Shown: positions 47,972-60,413, counted from the first letter of the stretch. The stretch: DNA of 64,000 nucleotides from Alphaproteobacteria bacterium (GCA_965232515.1 CBDDPY010000002.1:1408001-1472000), one strand, 5' to 3'. Notes: generated from the sequence alone by a model not told the origin. Program-made: numbers and translations.

Positions 47972-49208
47972 AACGCAGGGCTTCAACGGGATCGAGGCGG
48001 GCCGCGCGCCACGACGGGTAAATCGTCGCCAGGAACGACAGGCCGAGCCCCATGAGCACGACGGCGGTCACTTCCATCGGATCGATCTCGGCCGGCAGGC
48101 GCGAGAGGAAATAGATTTCGGCGGCGAACAGCTCGGTGCCGGTCAGGCCCTCGAGCCAGAGCCTGATAGCGTCGATATTGGCGCAGAAGGCCACCCCGAG
48201 CGCGAAGCCGGCGAGCGTGCCGATGGTGCCGATCGACGCGCCGGCCAGAAAGAACACCCGGAGGATCATGCCGCGCGTCGCGCCGATCGTGCGCAGGATG
48301 GCAATCGCCTTACCCTTGTCCTTCACCAGCATGATCATCGACGAGATGATGTTGAACGCCGCGACGACGATGATCAGCGTCAGGATCAGGAACATCACGT
48401 TGCGCTCGACCTGCAGCGCGTTGAAGAAGTGCGAGTTGGCGGTCTGCCAGTCGCTGATGCGCAGACCGCCGCCAACCGCGTCGCCGATTGCCGCGCGGTA
48501 CCTGGCAATGGCGTCGGGGTTGTCGACGAAGGCTTCGATTCCGGTGACGGTGTTGCCGGTCTTAAAGTAGACCTGGGCGGCCTCCAGCGGCATGAAGACG
48601 AACGTGGAATCGTATTCGAACATGCCGACCTCGAAGGTCCCGACCACCTGATAGGCCTTCAGCCGCGGCACCGAGCCGAACGGCGTTGACGTGCTCTGCG
48701 GCGAGACCAGCGTGATCCTGTCACCGACCCGCAAGCCCAGCCGGAAGGCCAGCCGGCTGCCGATCAGCACGGCGTCCCGGCCCTGAAACGCCTCCAGCGA
48801 GCCGGATCGGATGTTGTCGGCGATAATCTGACGCCGGCGCAGATCTTCCGGGCGGACGCCGCGTATCAGTCCGAGCCGGGCCTGGCCACGCGCCGTCGCC
48901 ATGACCTGCGCCTCGATGATCGGCAACGCGTTGACCACGCCGTCGATGGCGCCGATGCGTTGGGCAAGGTTGTCATAGTCCTGCAGATTACGGTCGAAGC
49001 CGCTGACCACCAGATGGCCGTTGAGGCCGAGGATGCGGCCCAGCAGCTCGCCGCGAAACCCGTTCATCACCGACATGACGATAATCAGCGTGGCGACGCC
49101 GAGGCAGATGCCGGCCAGCGAAAAGATCGCGATGACCGAAATGAAGCCTTCCTCGCGGCGCGCCCGCAGATAGCGCGTCGCCAGCATCCATTCGAAGCGT
49201 GTGAACAT
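47964..49208 (-). CDS. lolC: lipoprotein-releasing ABC permease LolC/E
   Basis: [47 protein letters not shown]. Confidence 0.93.
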   Translation of the reverse strand: MFTRFEWMLATRYLRARREEGFISVIAIFSLAGICLGVATLIIVMSVMNGFRGELLGRILGLNGHLVVSGFDRNLQDYDNLAQRIGAIDGVVNALPIIEAQVMATARGQARLGLIRGVRPEDLRRRQIIADNIRSGSLEAFQGRDAVLIGSRLAFRLGLRVGDRITLVSPQSTSTPFGSVPRLKAYQVVGTFEVGMFEYDSTFVFMPLEAAQVYFKTGNTVTGIEAFVDNPDAIARYRAAIGDAVGGGLRISDWQTANSHFFNALQVERNVMFLILTLIIVVAAFNIISSMIMLVKDKGKAIAILRTIGATRGMILRVFFLAGASIGTIGTLAGFALGVAFCANIDAIRLWLEGLTGTELFAAEIYFLSRLPAEIDPMEVTAVVLMGLGLSFLATIYPSWRAARLDPVEALRYE

Positions 49209-49231
49209 GTCCGCGTACCGGCGGTCGCGGC

Positions 49232-50548
49232 TCAGATCAGCCGTTGCAGCGCGGCATCGACGTCCAGCTCGTCGCGGTCGCCGGTCTTGCGGTTCTTCAG
49301 CTCGACCTTGCCGTCCTTGGCGCCGCGCGGCCCGGCCACCACCTGCCAGGGCAGGCCGATCAGGTCCATGGTGGCGAACTTGGCGCCGGCCCGTTCCTCG
49401 GTGTCGTCATAGAGTACTTCAACGCTGGCCTTGCTCAGCTTGGCATAGAGACCGGCGCAGATATCGTCGCAGACGGCATCGCCCGGCTTCAGATTGATCA
49501 GGCCGACCTTGAACGGCGCCACCGGCTCGGGCCAGACGATGCCGTTGTCGTCGTGGCTGGCTTCGATGATGCCGCCGACCAGACGCGACACGCCGATTCC
49601 GTAGGAGCCCATCTCAACCGGCACTTCGCTGCCGTCGGCCGTGGTCACCGTCGCCCCCAAGGGCTTCGAGTACTTGGTGCCGAAATAGAAGATATGACCG
49701 ACCTCGATGCCGCGCGTGGCGATGCGTTTGTCGGCCGGTACCTCGGCCTCAAAACGCGCCGGATCGTGCTTTTCGTCCGTGGCGGCGTAGAGGCTCGTCC
49801 AGCGGTCCACGACATGCTGCAGGTCGCTGTCATAGTCGGGATCGTCGGCCAACGCCTCGAAGCCCAGATAATCGGCGTGGCAGTAGACCTCGCTCTCGCC
49901 GGTCTCCGCCAGGATGATGAACTCGTGGCTCATGTCGCCGCCGATGGGGCCGCTGTCGGCCGCCATGGGGATCGCCTTCAGGCCCATGCGCTCGAAGGTG
50001 CGTAGATAGGCGACGAACATCTTGTTGTAGGAGTGCCGCGCCCCGGCATAGTCGAGGTCGAAGGAATAGTTGTCCTTCATCAGGAACTCGCGGCCCCGCA
50101 TGATGCCGAACCGCGGCCGCACCTCGTCCCGGAACTTCCACTGGATGTGATAGAGGTTGCGCGGCAAGTCGCGATAGCTGCGCACCGAATGGCGGAAGAT
50201 GTCGGTGATCAGCTCCTCGTTGGTCGGCCCGTAGAGCATGTCGCGCTCGTGCCGGTCCTGAATCCGCAGCATTTCCTTGCCGTAGTCGTCATAGCGACCG
50301 CTCTCGCGCCACAGATCGGCCGGCTGGATGGTCGGCATCAGCAGTTCCTGGGCGCCGGCGCGGTTCTGCTCCTCGCGCACGATCTGCTCGATCTTCGACA
50401 GCACGCGCAGGCCGAGCGGCAGCCAGGAGTAGATGCCGGCCGAGGCCTGCCGGATCATGCCGGCCCGCAGCATCAGGCGGTGCGAGGCAATCTGCGCCTC
50501 GGCGGGAGTTTGCTTCAGGACGGGCAGGAAGTATTGCGACAGCCGCAT
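49232..50548 (-). CDS. proS: proline-tRNA ligase (short form lacking INS editing domain)
   Basis: [44 protein letters not shown]. Confidence 0.97.
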   Translation of the reverse strand: MRLSQYFLPVLKQTPAEAQIASHRLMLRAGMIRQASAGIYSWLPLGLRVLSKIEQIVREEQNRAGAQELLMPTIQPADLWRESGRYDDYGKEMLRIQDRHERDMLYGPTNEELITDIFRHSVRSYRDLPRNLYHIQWKFRDEVRPRFGIMRGREFLMKDNYSFDLDYAGARHSYNKMFVAYLRTFERMGLKAIPMAADSGPIGGDMSHEFIILAETGESEVYCHADYLGFEALADDPDYDSDLQHVVDRWTSLYAATDEKHDPARFEAEVPADKRIATRGIEVGHIFYFGTKYSKPLGATVTTADGSEVPVEMGSYGIGVSRLVGGIIEASHDDNGIVWPEPVAPFKVGLINLKPGDAVCDDICAGLYAKLSKASVEVLYDDTEERAGAKFATMDLIGLPWQVVAGPRGAKDGKVELKNRKTGDRDELDVDAALQRLI

Positions 50549-50680
50549 GGGATTCGATCTCTGCGGGAACGGGCCGGACGCTCGAGCGCGTCCGAAGGAC
50601 TGCCCCTATTTAGGCAAAGCGGCGAGCTATAGCAATGCCGGCGCGAGATGGCCGGTGATCAGGCGCGGGAAGACCGGTTA

Positions 50681-51100
50681 TCAGCCCGGCAGCAGGTCGC
50701 GGCAGGCGACGGCCAGTTGTGCGATGTCGGGATCGCCCAGCGGGCGGCCGTTGTAGAAGACCTGGTTCGTCTTCAGGTCGACGACGACATGGCCGACATT
50801 CACCTCGGCTTCCCGCAAACGCTGCGGGCCGCCATCCTCCAGGAACACGCGCAGCGGCACGTCCAGCCCGATATAGACCTGGTCGGGCGCGGTGATCGAG
50901 CCGTAGGAGTTGAGATCGGCCGGGACGACGGCGCGGCCCTTCACGTCGACGCCAGGACGGTAAGCCACGTCATCGGCCGGCACATACTTGGTCAGCCAGC
51001 GGCAATCCCGTTCGCTGATCTGCACCGTGATGCCGCTGCCGGCCGCCGAGGCGTAGGTCAGCGTCAGAAACAGTGCCAGATTTCGGACCCATCCAAGCAT
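50681..51100 (-). CDS. hypothetical exported protein
   Basis: Signal peptide, two Cys near the termini, DVAYRPGVDVKGRAVVPADL motif. Confidence 0.7.
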   Translation of the reverse strand: MLGWVRNLALFLTLTYASAAGSGITVQISERDCRWLTKYVPADDVAYRPGVDVKGRAVVPADLNSYGSITAPDQVYIGLDVPLRVFLEDGGPQRLREAEVNVGHVVVDLKTNQVFYNGRPLGDPDIAQLAVACRDLLPG

Positions 51101-51159
51101 ATCTGGATCTTAGCCTGCGTTGCGTTAAGGCTCCGCTAATTCTGCCGTTGGTTCTGGTC

Positions 51160-51192
51160 AAAAAAAGAGCCGTGCCGGAGACCGGCACGGCT
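51160..51192 (-). terminator. rho-independent terminator
   Basis: AGCCGTGCCGG-N3-CCGGCACGGCT 11-bp stem followed by C-T7 on the minus strand. Confidence 0.85.
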
Positions 51193-51249
51193 GAAGTTTG
51201 GGAGGAAACGCCATCAAGCGTATCTACGAAACATCGCTGTCCGCAGATG
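51160..51249 (-). ncRNA. SuhB/MmgR-family (alpha-r8) small RNA candidate
   Basis: Minus strand GGCGUUUCCUCCCAAACUU motif (51200-51208 core), then terminator hairpin and U7; TTGCGT-N17-CATCCT promoter at 51256-51284. Confidence 0.75.
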
Positions 51250-51342
51250 AGATTGAGGATGTATGCTGCGCTGCAAAAACGCAAGAGGAAATTAGGAGAT
51301 CTGCCAAATTTCATTCCAGAAACAAGTAAGAATTCTCGAATA

Positions 51343-51359
51343 TGTACTTTTTATGTGCA
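51343..51359. promoter_or_regulatory. NtrC-like binding site upstream of the sRNA
   Basis: TGTAC-TTTTTAT-GTGCA versus consensus TGCAC-N7-GTGCA. Confidence 0.45.
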
Positions 51360-51514
51360 GATCGTATAAATTTTGTTCAGTTTCTTCTGATGAATAGCAA
51401 ATTTTGCGGCAATTTGACGCGGTGTATTCTAGCAAAACGCCATTTCAACACGCATTTTGACGTCATCCGACGATCCATTTCGCATTTGCAACATATGATC
51501 GCGGCAACAATGAT

Positions 51515-51772
51515 TCAGCCGCGTACGTAGTCGCGAAATCCGAACAGGTCATGGGTCATCACATAGTAGTAGACGCCCCAAAGCAAAAGGGCGATGACCG
51601 TGGTGATACCGATTTTTAACCATAGTCGCGGCCGGATCGGCGCGCTGGCGGCAAGCCCGGCCTCGACGTCCTCGCCCGCCTCATGCGGCGACCGTGCGCC
51701 GAACGGCAGGACCATGAACAGCACCAGCCACCAGATGATGCCGAAGACCATGAGACCGGTGAAGATGCTCAT
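51515..51772 (-). CDS. DUF1467 family small membrane protein
   Basis: IIWWLVLFMVLPFG..SAP.RPRLWLK..TT; conserved position after mce. Confidence 0.88.
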   Translation of the reverse strand: MSIFTGLMVFGIIWWLVLFMVLPFGARSPHEAGEDVEAGLAASAPIRPRLWLKIGITTVIALLLWGVYYYVMTHDLFGFRDYVRG

Positions 51773-51802
51773 CGCGAGGACCCCAGGCAACGTTATCGTT
51801 GG

Positions 51803-52207
51803 TCAGACCTGCTCCAGCTCAACCAGCGTGCCACAGAAATCCTTGGGATGCAGGAACAGAACTGGCTTGCCGTGGGCGCCCGGACGCGGCTCGCCGTCGC
51901 CCAGCACCCGCGCGCCCTCTGCCCGCAGTCGGTCACGCGCCGCAAGTATGTCTTCGACCTCGTAGCACACGTGATGCATGCCGCCAGACGGGTTGCGTTC
52001 CAGGAAGGTCGCGATCGGCGAGTCCTGGCCCAGCGGATGCAGGAGCTCGATTTTGGTATTGCCTAACTCGACGAACACCGTGGTCACGCCATGGTCCGGC
52101 AGCGGAACGGGCTCGGACACCTGCGCGCCGAGCGTATTCCGATAGACGTCCGCCGCCGCCGCCAGATCCGACACGACGATGGCGACGTGATTCAAGTTGC
52201 CGATCAT
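51803..52207 (-). CDS. mce: methylmalonyl-CoA epimerase
   Basis: LNHVAI, KIELLHPLG, GGMHHVCYEV, GAHGKPVLFLHPKD, LVELEQ. Confidence 0.96.
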   Translation of the reverse strand: MIGNLNHVAIVVSDLAAAADVYRNTLGAQVSEPVPLPDHGVTTVFVELGNTKIELLHPLGQDSPIATFLERNPSGGMHHVCYEVEDILAARDRLRAEGARVLGDGEPRPGAHGKPVLFLHPKDFCGTLVELEQV

Positions 52208-52228
52208 GGCTGTCTCCGTTCCGCTGTT

Positions 52229-53908
52229 TTACTCTACCGTCGCGGCGACGCGCGCGACTCGAACCTCAACCACGGGCCGTTTGCCGAACCTGGCCTTCAG
52301 CAGCCGGCGCACCGCCAGCCGCGCCGCCTCGCTCATCCGCGCGTCGTCGCGCCGGGCGCCTGCCGACAACGGCCGCAACGCTTCGCCGATGGCTGCCCGG
52401 ATCGAGGCTTCAACATCCGGATCGGCGTCATCGACGGGAATGCCCTGCAGCACCAGCGACGGTTCGGCCAGCAGTCGACCCGACGGATCCGCGATCAACG
52501 TGACGACGGCGCCGCCGTTATACATCAACCTGCGCCGCGTGCGCAGCGCCTCGCCCTGATCCGGCGCGATCACCTGACCGTCGACCAGCCAGCGCCCTGC
52601 CTGGACCTCGCCGACGATCTCGGGCGTGCCGGGACCCAGACGGATAACCTGGCCGTTCTCGGGCGCAATCGCCCGCGGCACCTGCAGCGACCGCGCCATC
52701 GCCGCATGCGCGATCAGATGCCGCATTTCGCCATGCACCGGCACCGCGATGCTGGGCCGGGCCCATTGATACATCCGCGACAGCTCGTCCCGGTTCGGGT
52801 GGCCGGAAACATGCACGACCGAATCCCGCTCGGTGATGACCTCAATGCCGGCCAGCGCCAGCCGGTCGTGCAACCGTCCGATCGGCCGCTCGTTGCCGGG
52901 AATGATCTTCGACGAGAACACGACCGTGTCGCCGGCATCGAGCACGACATGCGGATGGTCGCCGACGGCGATCCGGGACATGGCCGCGCGCGGCTCGCCC
53001 TGACAGCCGGTGCAGAGATAGAGCACCTTGTCGGCCGGCAGGTAGCCGCCTTCGTCCTCACCCAACAACGGTCCGGCAAAGTCGAAATAGCCGGTCTGCC
53101 GGGCGGCCGCGATCATGCGCCACAGCGAGCGACCGACAACAGCGATCTCACGGCCGTTCGCCCGCGCCACCTCGGCGACGGTCTCAATGCGGGCGACGTT
53201 CGAGGCGAAGGTGGTGACGGCGATGCGGCCGCGGCGCTCGGCGACGATCCGCATCAGGTTCTCGCGCACCGTGGCTTCTGAGCCGGATTCGCCGGGGTTG
53301 AAGACATTGGTGGAATCGCAGACCAGCGCCAGCACGCCCTCGTCACCGAGCTGGCGCAAGGCGGTTTCATCGGTCGCCGGCCCCAGCAGCGGTGTCGGGT
53401 CCAGCTTCCAGTCGCCGGTATGCAACACGACGCCGGCCGGCGTGCGGATGGCGAGCGCATTCGGCTCGGGGATCGAGTGGGTGATCGAGATCAGGTCGAC
53501 AACGAAGGGGGCGAGCTCGATCCGTCCGCCAAGCGGCACCTCATGCAGCGGCACCTCGTCGATCAGCCCGGCCTCCGTCAGCTTGCCCCGCAGCACGGCC
53601 GCGGCGAACGGCGTGGCGTAGATCGGCTGCCGCAGCCGCTCCCAGAGATGCGGCACGGCGCCCAGATGGTCCTCATGCGCATGCGTGATCACGATCCCGA
53701 GCAGATCCTCGCGGCGTTCGGCGATGAATGTTGGATCTGGTGTGACGATATCGATGCCCGGCAAGGTCTCGTCGGCAAAGGTGATGCCGAGGTCGACCAT
53801 CAGCCATTTGCCGCCATAGCCGTAGAGGTTGAGATTCATGCCGATCTCGCCGGCTCCGCCCAGCGGCAGGAAGACCAGCTCGTCGCCGCCCCACCCGTCA
53901 CGTACCAT
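52229..53908 (-). CDS. rnj: ribonuclease J
   Basis: PLGGAGEIGMN, THAHEDHLG, HSIPE, HTGDWK, HVSGH, PVHGE. Confidence 0.96.
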   Translation of the reverse strand: MVRDGWGGDELVFLPLGGAGEIGMNLNLYGYGGKWLMVDLGITFADETLPGIDIVTPDPTFIAERREDLLGIVITHAHEDHLGAVPHLWERLRQPIYATPFAAAVLRGKLTEAGLIDEVPLHEVPLGGRIELAPFVVDLISITHSIPEPNALAIRTPAGVVLHTGDWKLDPTPLLGPATDETALRQLGDEGVLALVCDSTNVFNPGESGSEATVRENLMRIVAERRGRIAVTTFASNVARIETVAEVARANGREIAVVGRSLWRMIAAARQTGYFDFAGPLLGEDEGGYLPADKVLYLCTGCQGEPRAAMSRIAVGDHPHVVLDAGDTVVFSSKIIPGNERPIGRLHDRLALAGIEVITERDSVVHVSGHPNRDELSRMYQWARPSIAVPVHGEMRHLIAHAAMARSLQVPRAIAPENGQVIRLGPGTPEIVGEVQAGRWLVDGQVIAPDQGEALRTRRRLMYNGGAVVTLIADPSGRLLAEPSLVLQGIPVDDADPDVEASIRAAIGEALRPLSAGARRDDARMSEAARLAVRRLLKARFGKRPVVEVRVARVAATVE

Positions 53909-53922
53909 CTGATCCACGCGGG

Positions 53923-54699
53923 TCAGGCTCCAGCCGCCTTGCTGCGCCGATGGATTTCCAGCAAACCCTTGATCGTCAGGTCCGGATCGACGTGATCGAT
54001 CGCCGCTGTCGCATCCGAGAACAACGGCACCAGGCCGCCGGTCGCGACGACGGCCATCGGCGCGCCGTATTCGGCCTTGATCCGATTGACCAGCCCCTCG
54101 ATCAGGCCGACATAGCCCCAGTAGACGCCGGACTGCATGGCCGCCACCGTGCCCTTGCCGATCACATGGTCGGGACGCTCGATGGCGACGATCGGCAGGC
54201 TGGCGGCCGCCATGTGAAGGGCTTCCAGGCTGAGGTTCATGCCGGGCGCGATGACGCCGCCTTCGAAATCGCCGTCGGCCGAGACGATATCGAACGTGGT
54301 CGCCGTGCCGGAGTCCAGGACGATCAAGGGCCCGCCATAGGTGACGTGCGCGGCGATAGCGTTGACCAGACGGTCGGCGCCGGCCTCGGCCGGGCGGTCG
54401 ATCTTGACCCCGATGCCCAGCTCGGCGTTTTCGCCGACCACCAGCGGCTCGCAATGGAAGTATTTGCGGCAGAGCGTGCGCAGATCGGCGAGCGCCCGCG
54501 GCACCACCGAGGAGATGATCACCTCGTCGATATCGTCAGGTTGAAACCCCTCCAGCGCCATGAGCTGGCTTAGCCAGACGGCATATTCGTCGGCCGTTCG
54601 GGGGGCTTTGGTGGCGGCTCGCCACTGCGCCCTGACGACACCGGAGTCGGCAACGGCAAAGACCAGATTGGTGTTCCCGACGTCGATGGCCAACAGCAT
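53923..54699 (-). CDS. coaX: type III pantothenate kinase
   Basis: [31 protein letters not shown]. Confidence 0.96.
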   Translation of the reverse strand: MLLAIDVGNTNLVFAVADSGVVRAQWRAATKAPRTADEYAVWLSQLMALEGFQPDDIDEVIISSVVPRALADLRTLCRKYFHCEPLVVGENAELGIGVKIDRPAEAGADRLVNAIAAHVTYGGPLIVLDSGTATTFDIVSADGDFEGGVIAPGMNLSLEALHMAAASLPIVAIERPDHVIGKGTVAAMQSGVYWGYVGLIEGLVNRIKAEYGAPMAVVATGGLVPLFSDATAAIDHVDPDLTIKGLLEIHRRSKAAGA

Positions 54700-54710
54700 G
54701 ACAGCAACCC

Positions 54711-55490
54711 TCAGACGGCCGGAAAGAACACTTCGCCGGCCGTAATCGCCCGAGAATGACCGGTTTCGTCGCGCAGTACCAGGGCGCCATCGGCGTCGAG
54801 GGTCTGAAAATGTCCATCGATGACCTTATCGGCCAGCCGAACAGTAATCGGCTCGCCGATGCCGATCGCGTCGCGTGTCCAGGCGGCGCGGACCGGCTCG
54901 AAGCCATCCGCCTCCCAACGCCGCATCCAGTCGAGGAAAGCCACCGCCAGCGGTCCAAGCACGGCCTCGGCATCAACCGTCGTGGCGCCGGCCGCGTGCA
55001 GCGACATCGCCGGCCAATCGGTGCCCTCGGGATGGCTGACGACATTCACCCCGATGCCGGCGATCAGCCAGGACAGCTTTCCGGCATGCGCCGTGTCGGC
55101 CGCGGACTCCAGCAGAATGCCGCAGACCTTGCCGCCGTTCAGCAGAACGTCGTTCGGCCATTTCTGCCGGACGTCCGCCGCTGGCAACACCGCGCGAATG
55201 GCATCGGCCACCGCGAGCGCCGCGACGAAGGAGAGCTGGGCGGCCTCGGCCGCCGACTGCGTCGGCCGCAGCAGCAATGAGAAATAGAGGTTACCCTCGG
55301 GCGAGGCGAACGAACGGCCCCGCCGCCCCCGACCCGCGGTCTGTCGGCGGGCCACGATCAGCGTGCCGGCCGGCGCGCCGGCCTCGGCCTGCTGCTTGGC
55401 AACGGTAAATGTGCTGTCGACCTGGTCGAACCGCTGCAGACGGAAAAAGTCGGGCAGCCGAGGCTCGCCGCCGGCGCCGCCCACGCTCAC
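54711..55490 (-). CDS. birA: biotin-[acetyl-CoA carboxylase] ligase
   Basis: [29 protein letters not shown]; GTG start overlaps the nuoN stop. Confidence 0.95.
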   Translation of the reverse strand: MSVGGAGGEPRLPDFFRLQRFDQVDSTFTVAKQQAEAGAPAGTLIVARRQTAGRGRRGRSFASPEGNLYFSLLLRPTQSAAEAAQLSFVAALAVADAIRAVLPAADVRQKWPNDVLLNGGKVCGILLESAADTAHAGKLSWLIAGIGVNVVSHPEGTDWPAMSLHAAGATTVDAEAVLGPLAVAFLDWMRRWEADGFEPVRAAWTRDAIGIGEPITVRLADKVIDGHFQTLDADGALVLRDETGHSRAITAGEVFFPAV

Positions 55491-56935
55491 GGCATCAACG
55501 ATGCGGCCGCCGCCTGCGCGCCAATCAGGATCGGCGTCGGATAGAGGATGAACAGCGTGATGAACAGACCGGTGCCCGCCAGGATCGCCTTCATCTCGAT
55601 GCCAATCGGCCGTTCGAAGGCCTCGGCCGGCTCGTCGAAATACATCACCTTGACGATGCGCAGGTAGTAGTAGGCGCCGACCACGCTCGACAGCACGCCG
55701 ATGATGGCGAGCGCATAGAGCTCGGCGTTGATGGCGGCAACAAAAATGTAGAACTTGCCGAAGAAGCCGGCGAGTGGCGGCACGCCGGCCATGGAGAACA
55801 TGAACAGCGCCAGCACGAGCGCCAGCAGCGGGTTGTTGCGGGCGAGGCCAGCGAGATCCGGGATGCCCTCGACCATGCCGCCCTTCAGGCGCATGCAGAG
55901 GATGCAGGCGAAGGTGCCGACATTCATGGCGAGGTAGATCGCCATATAGATCAGCACGCCGCGGACGCCCTCCTCGGTGCCGGCGGCGAGACCGACCAGC
56001 GCGTAGCCGATATGGCCAATCGAGCTGTAGGCCATCAGGCGCTTGATGTTGTTCTGGCCGATGGCCGCGAAGGCACCGAGCAGCATCGACGCGATCGAGA
56101 TGAAGACGACGATCTGCTGCCACTCGGTAACGATCTCGAAGAACGGCGACATCATCGTGCGCAGGAACAGCGCAATGGCGGCGATCTTCGGCGCCACGGC
56201 GAAGAACGCCGTTACCGGCGTCGGCGCGCCCTCGTAGACGTCGGGCGTCCACATATGGAACGGCACGGCCGAGACTTTGAAGGCGAGACCCGCCGTCAGG
56301 AAGACGATGCCGACGATCAGGCCGAGCGGGGTCTCATCGGCGGTGCCGATGCTGCGGGCGATCGTGTCGAAGCCGGTGCCGCCGGTAAAGCCGTAGATCA
56401 TCGAGCAGCCGTAAAGCAGCATGCCGGACGACAGCGCACCGAGGACGAAATACTTCAGGCCCGCCTCGGTCGAGCGCAGCGAGTCGCGCTTGAACGCGGC
56501 GATCACATAGAGCGCCAGGCTCTGCAGCTCGATACCCATGTAGAGCGCGATGAGATCGTTCGCCGAAATCATCATCAGCATGCCGAGCGTCGCCAGCAGC
56601 AACAGCACCGGATACTCGAACCGCTCCATCTTCTCGTGGCGGATGTAGTCGAGCGACATGATGATGCCGAGGGCGGCGCCGATCAGCACCAGTCCCTTGG
56701 CGAAGTTGGCGAACGGATCGACCACGAACATGCCGGCAAAGGTGACGCTGGTCTCGGCCGGCGCCCGCAGCACCAGGAAGAAGGTGATGGCGAGCGCGGC
56801 GACGGACAGCCAGGCCACGAGGCGGGTGGAGTCGTTGCCGCGGAACACGCCGACCATCAGCAGGGCCATCGCGGCGCAGGCAAGGAAGATCTCCGGCGCG
56901 GCGAGCGCGTAGTCGTGTGTCAGCGTCTCTACCAT
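55487..56935 (-). CDS. nuoN: NADH-quinone oxidoreductase N
   Basis: [34 protein letters not shown]. Confidence 0.97.
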   Translation of the reverse strand: MVETLTHDYALAAPEIFLACAAMALLMVGVFRGNDSTRLVAWLSVAALAITFFLVLRAPAETSVTFAGMFVVDPFANFAKGLVLIGAALGIIMSLDYIRHEKMERFEYPVLLLLATLGMLMMISANDLIALYMGIELQSLALYVIAAFKRDSLRSTEAGLKYFVLGALSSGMLLYGCSMIYGFTGGTGFDTIARSIGTADETPLGLIVGIVFLTAGLAFKVSAVPFHMWTPDVYEGAPTPVTAFFAVAPKIAAIALFLRTMMSPFFEIVTEWQQIVVFISIASMLLGAFAAIGQNNIKRLMAYSSIGHIGYALVGLAAGTEEGVRGVLIYMAIYLAMNVGTFACILCMRLKGGMVEGIPDLAGLARNNPLLALVLALFMFSMAGVPPLAGFFGKFYIFVAAINAELYALAIIGVLSSVVGAYYYLRIVKVMYFDEPAEAFERPIGIEMKAILAGTGLFITLFILYPTPILIGAQAAAASLMP

Positions 56936-56944
56936 GACAATTTC

Positions 56945-58471
56945 CTAACGCGCCGCGACGTTGATGCTGTCGGCCATGATCTCGGCGGCCGCCAGCGCCG
57001 CCTGATAGTCGCCGATCAGCTTGTCGACCGACGGCTGGATGACGTCGAGAAACGGCTGCGGATAGACGCCCATCACGATCGCCAGCACGATCAACGGCGC
57101 GAAGACGGCGATCTCGCGGCCGTTCATGTCGGCGATCGATTCAAGATCGTCCTTCTCCAGCTTTCCGAAAATCACCCGGCGATAGAGCCAGAGCATATAG
57201 GCCGCGCCCAGGATCAGGCCGGTGGCCGCCAGCGTCGCCACCCAGGTATTGACCTGGAACGCGCCGACCAGCACCAGGATCTCGCCGACGAAGCCGCTGG
57301 TGCCCGGCAGACCAACGGAGGCCAGCATGAACACCATGAAGGTGAAGGCGTAGATCGGCATCCGGTTCACCAGGCCGCCATAGCGGGCGATCTCGCGCGA
57401 ATGGATACGGTCGTAGACCACGCCGACGACCAGGAACAGGGCGGCCGAGACGATGCCGTGGCTCAACATCTGGAAGATGCCGCCCTCGATTCCCTGGTTG
57501 TTGAAGGTGAAGATGCCGATCGTGACGAAGCCCATATGGGCGACCGACGAATAGGCGATCAGCTTCTTCATGTCCTCCTGCATCAGCGCCACGAGCGAGG
57601 TGTAGATCACGGCGACGACACTGAGCCCGAAGACCAGCGGCGCGAATTGCTCGCTCGCCAGCGGCAGCATCGGCAGCGAGAAGCGCAGGAAGCCGTAGCC
57701 GCCCATCTTCAAGAGCACGCCGGCCAGGATCACGGAACCCGCCGTCGGCGCCTCGACATGCGCATCCGGCAGCCAGGTATGCACCGGCCACATCGGCATC
57801 TTCACCGCGAACGAAGCGAACATGGCGAGCCACAGCCACATCTGCGCCTCGGCGGCGAAGTCGTGCGTCATCAGGGTCGGGATGTCGGTGGTGCCGACCT
57901 GGAAGTACATGTAGATCAGGGCCAGCAGCAGCAGCACCGAGCCGAGGAAGGTGTAGAGGAAGAACTTGAAGCTGGAATAGATCCGCCGGGCGCCGCCCCA
58001 GACGCCGATGATCAGGAACATCGGGATCAGGCCGCCCTCGAAGAACAGATAGAACAGCACGAAGTCGAGCGCGCAGAAGACGCCGATCATCATGGTCTCG
58101 AGGATCAGGAAGGCGATCATGTACTCGCGCACGCGGGTCTGGATCGCATCCCAGCTCGCGAGAATGCAGATCGGCATCAGGAACGCGGTCAGCACCACGA
58201 ACAGCACCGAGATGCCGTCGACGCCCATGTGGTAGTTGATGCCCGGGCCCAGCCACTCCGCCTTCTCGACGAATTGGAAGTCTGCGGTGTTGGTGTCGAA
58301 ATTGCCCCAGATCACCAAGCTGATCAGGAAGGTGACGCCTGTTGTCAGCAGCGCGACGCTGCGGGCGTTGCGGTCGGCGACGGCCTTCTCGCCGCCGGCG
58401 AACAGGAAAATAAAGGCGGCGCCCGCCAGGGGCAGGAAGGTCGCGAGGGACAGCAGCGGCCAGTCGAACAT
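56945..58471 (-). CDS. nuoM: NADH-quinone oxidoreductase M
   Basis: [38 protein letters not shown]. Confidence 0.97.
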   Translation of the reverse strand: MFDWPLLSLATFLPLAGAAFIFLFAGGEKAVADRNARSVALLTTGVTFLISLVIWGNFDTNTADFQFVEKAEWLGPGINYHMGVDGISVLFVVLTAFLMPICILASWDAIQTRVREYMIAFLILETMMIGVFCALDFVLFYLFFEGGLIPMFLIIGVWGGARRIYSSFKFFLYTFLGSVLLLLALIYMYFQVGTTDIPTLMTHDFAAEAQMWLWLAMFASFAVKMPMWPVHTWLPDAHVEAPTAGSVILAGVLLKMGGYGFLRFSLPMLPLASEQFAPLVFGLSVVAVIYTSLVALMQEDMKKLIAYSSVAHMGFVTIGIFTFNNQGIEGGIFQMLSHGIVSAALFLVVGVVYDRIHSREIARYGGLVNRMPIYAFTFMVFMLASVGLPGTSGFVGEILVLVGAFQVNTWVATLAATGLILGAAYMLWLYRRVIFGKLEKDDLESIADMNGREIAVFAPLIVLAIVMGVYPQPFLDVIQPSVDKLIGDYQAALAAAEIMADSINVAAR

Positions 58472-58475
58472 GGGC

Positions 58476-60413
58476 TCAGCCTCCCCCGCCGGTGCTGGCG
58501 AAGTACCAGGTGACGAAGGCGGCGACGCCGATCAGCATGGCGAACGCGTAGTGATAGATCAGCCCGGTCTGCAGCAGGGTCGCGCGGCGGGCGAGATTGA
58601 TCACCGTGGCGGCGACGCCGTCCGGGCCGAAGCCGTCGATGACGCGGCCGTCGCCTTCCTTCCACAGCACCCGGCCGAGCCACTTCGCCGGCCGCACCAG
58701 GGCGAACTCGAACAGCTCGTCGAAGTACCACTTGTTCAGGATGAACAGATAAAGCTCGCGGTTGAGGCGCGTGAACATCACCGGAATGTCGGTCCGCCGG
58801 ATGTAGAGATACCAGGCGCCGGCGATGCCCAACGCGGTCATCACCAGCGGCAACAGCTTGATCGTCGTCGGCACGTTGTGCGCGTCGGCCAGCACCGTGT
58901 TGGATTCCAGCATCAGGATCGAGCCGCGCCAGAAGTGATCCGGGTCGTGGCCAACCATCAGCTCGTACATCGCCACGCCGGAGAACACGGCGCCGATGGC
59001 CAGGATGATCAGCGGGATTGTCATCACGGGCGGCGACTCGTGCACATGGCTCATGACCTCGGCGCTAGCCCGCGGCGCGCCGTGGAAGGTCATGAACAGC
59101 AGCCGCCAGGAATAGAACGCCGTCATGATCGCCGCCGCGATGCCGAGCGAGAAGGCGAACATGCCGAAGCCGGTATTCGCGGCGAACGCCGATTCCAGGA
59201 TGATGTCCTTGGAATAGTAGCCGGCGAACCAAGGTACGCCCGCGAGCGCCAGGCTGCCGATCCACATCAACGCATAGGTCAGCTTGATGTGGCGCGCGAG
59301 GCCGCCCATGCGGCGCATGTCCTGCTCGTCCGAGACGGCGTGGATCACCGAACCGGCGCCCAGGAATAGAAGCGCCTTGAAGAAAGCGTGGGTGAATAGA
59401 TGGAAGATCGCCGCCGGATAGGCGCCGACGCCGATGGCGAAGAACATGTAGCCGAGCTGGCTGCAGGTCGAATAGGCGATCACCCGCTTGATGTCGTTCT
59501 GCGCCAGGCCGACGGTGGCGGCGAAGAACGCGGTCAAGGCGCCGATCACGGCCACAGTGTTGAGCGCCAGCGGCGCGTATTCGAACATCGGCGAGCAGCG
59601 CGCCAGCATGAAGACGCCGGCCGTGACCATGGTGGCGGCGTGGATCAGGGCGCTGACCGGGGTCGGGCCCTCCATGGCGTCCGGCAGCCAGGTGTGCAAC
59701 GGCACCTGCGCCGATTTGCCCATGGCGCCGATGAACAGCAGCAGACAGATCGTTGTCAGAACATCAACTTCCCAATTCAGGAAGGTGAAGGTCTTGCCGA
59801 CCTGATCCGGCGTGGCGGCGAAAACCGTGTCGAACTCGATCGAGCCGTAAATCAGGAAGACGCCGAGGACGCCCAGCGCGAAGCCGAAATCGCCGACGCG
59901 GTTGACGAGGAAGGCCTTGATCGCGGCGGCGTTCGCGGTCGGCCGCTTGTACCAGAAGCCGATCAGCAGGTAGGACGCCAGCCCCACCCCTTCCCAGCCG
60001 AAGAACAGCTGCAGGAAGTTGTCCGCCGTCACCAGCATCAGCATGGCGAAGGTGAACAGCGACAGGTACGACATGAACCGCGGGATATGCGGATCGTGCG
60101 ACATGTAGCCGACGGAATAGACGTGCACCAGCGACGAGACGCCGGTGACGACGACCAGCATCACCGCCGTCAGCGGATCGATACGCAGCGCCCAGGAGGC
60201 TTCGAAGCTGCCGGAGTCGATCCAGGTGAACAGCTCCACCGTCACCGCGTTGCCGAGGATGGCGACGTCGTAAAAGCCGTAGAGCGACAACAGGGCCGAG
60301 ATGATCAGCGCGCCGCAAGTGACGATCTGCGCCCCGCGGTCGCCGATCCAGCGACCGAAGAAGCCGGCGATGATCGAGGCCAGCAGCGGCAGGAAGACGA
60401 TGACGGCATACAT
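58476..60413 (-). CDS. nuoL: NADH-quinone oxidoreductase L
   Basis: [36 protein letters not shown]. Confidence 0.97.
   Translation of the reverse strand: MYAVIVFLPLLASIIAGFFGRWIGDRGAQIVTCGALIISALLSLYGFYDVAILGNAVTVELFTWIDSGSFEASWALRIDPLTAVMLVVVTGVSSLVHVYSVGYMSHDPHIPRFMSYLSLFTFAMLMLVTADNFLQLFFGWEGVGLASYLLIGFWYKRPTANAAAIKAFLVNRVGDFGFALGVLGVFLIYGSIEFDTVFAATPDQVGKTFTFLNWEVDVLTTICLLLFIGAMGKSAQVPLHTWLPDAMEGPTPVSALIHAATMVTAGVFMLARCSPMFEYAPLALNTVAVIGALTAFFAATVGLAQNDIKRVIAYSTCSQLGYMFFAIGVGAYPAAIFHLFTHAFFKALLFLGAGSVIHAVSDEQDMRRMGGLARHIKLTYALMWIGSLALAGVPWFAGYYSKDIILESAFAANTGFGMFAFSLGIAAAIMTAFYSWRLLFMTFHGAPRASAEVMSHVHESPPVMTIPLIILAIGAVFSGVAMYELMVGHDPDHFWRGSILMLESNTVLADAHNVPTTIKLLPLVMTALGIAGAWYLYIRRTDIPVMFTRLNRELYLFILNKWYFDELFEFALVRPAKWLGRVLWKEGDGRVIDGFGPDGVAATVINLARRATLLQTGLIYHYAFAMLIGVAAFVTWYFASTGGGG

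Noticed and set aside
50970-51530. Short ORFs in the AT-rich interval
   Set aside because: Atypical codon usage and no RBS; better explained by the sRNA and its regulatory region.
55409-58513. 1034-aa plus-strand ORF (likewise 44030..46849, 1513..3813, 8897..10432, 37308..38978)
   Set aside because: Antisense shadow ORFs of well-conserved high-GC genes, with no domain motifs and composition explained by the opposite-strand codon bias.
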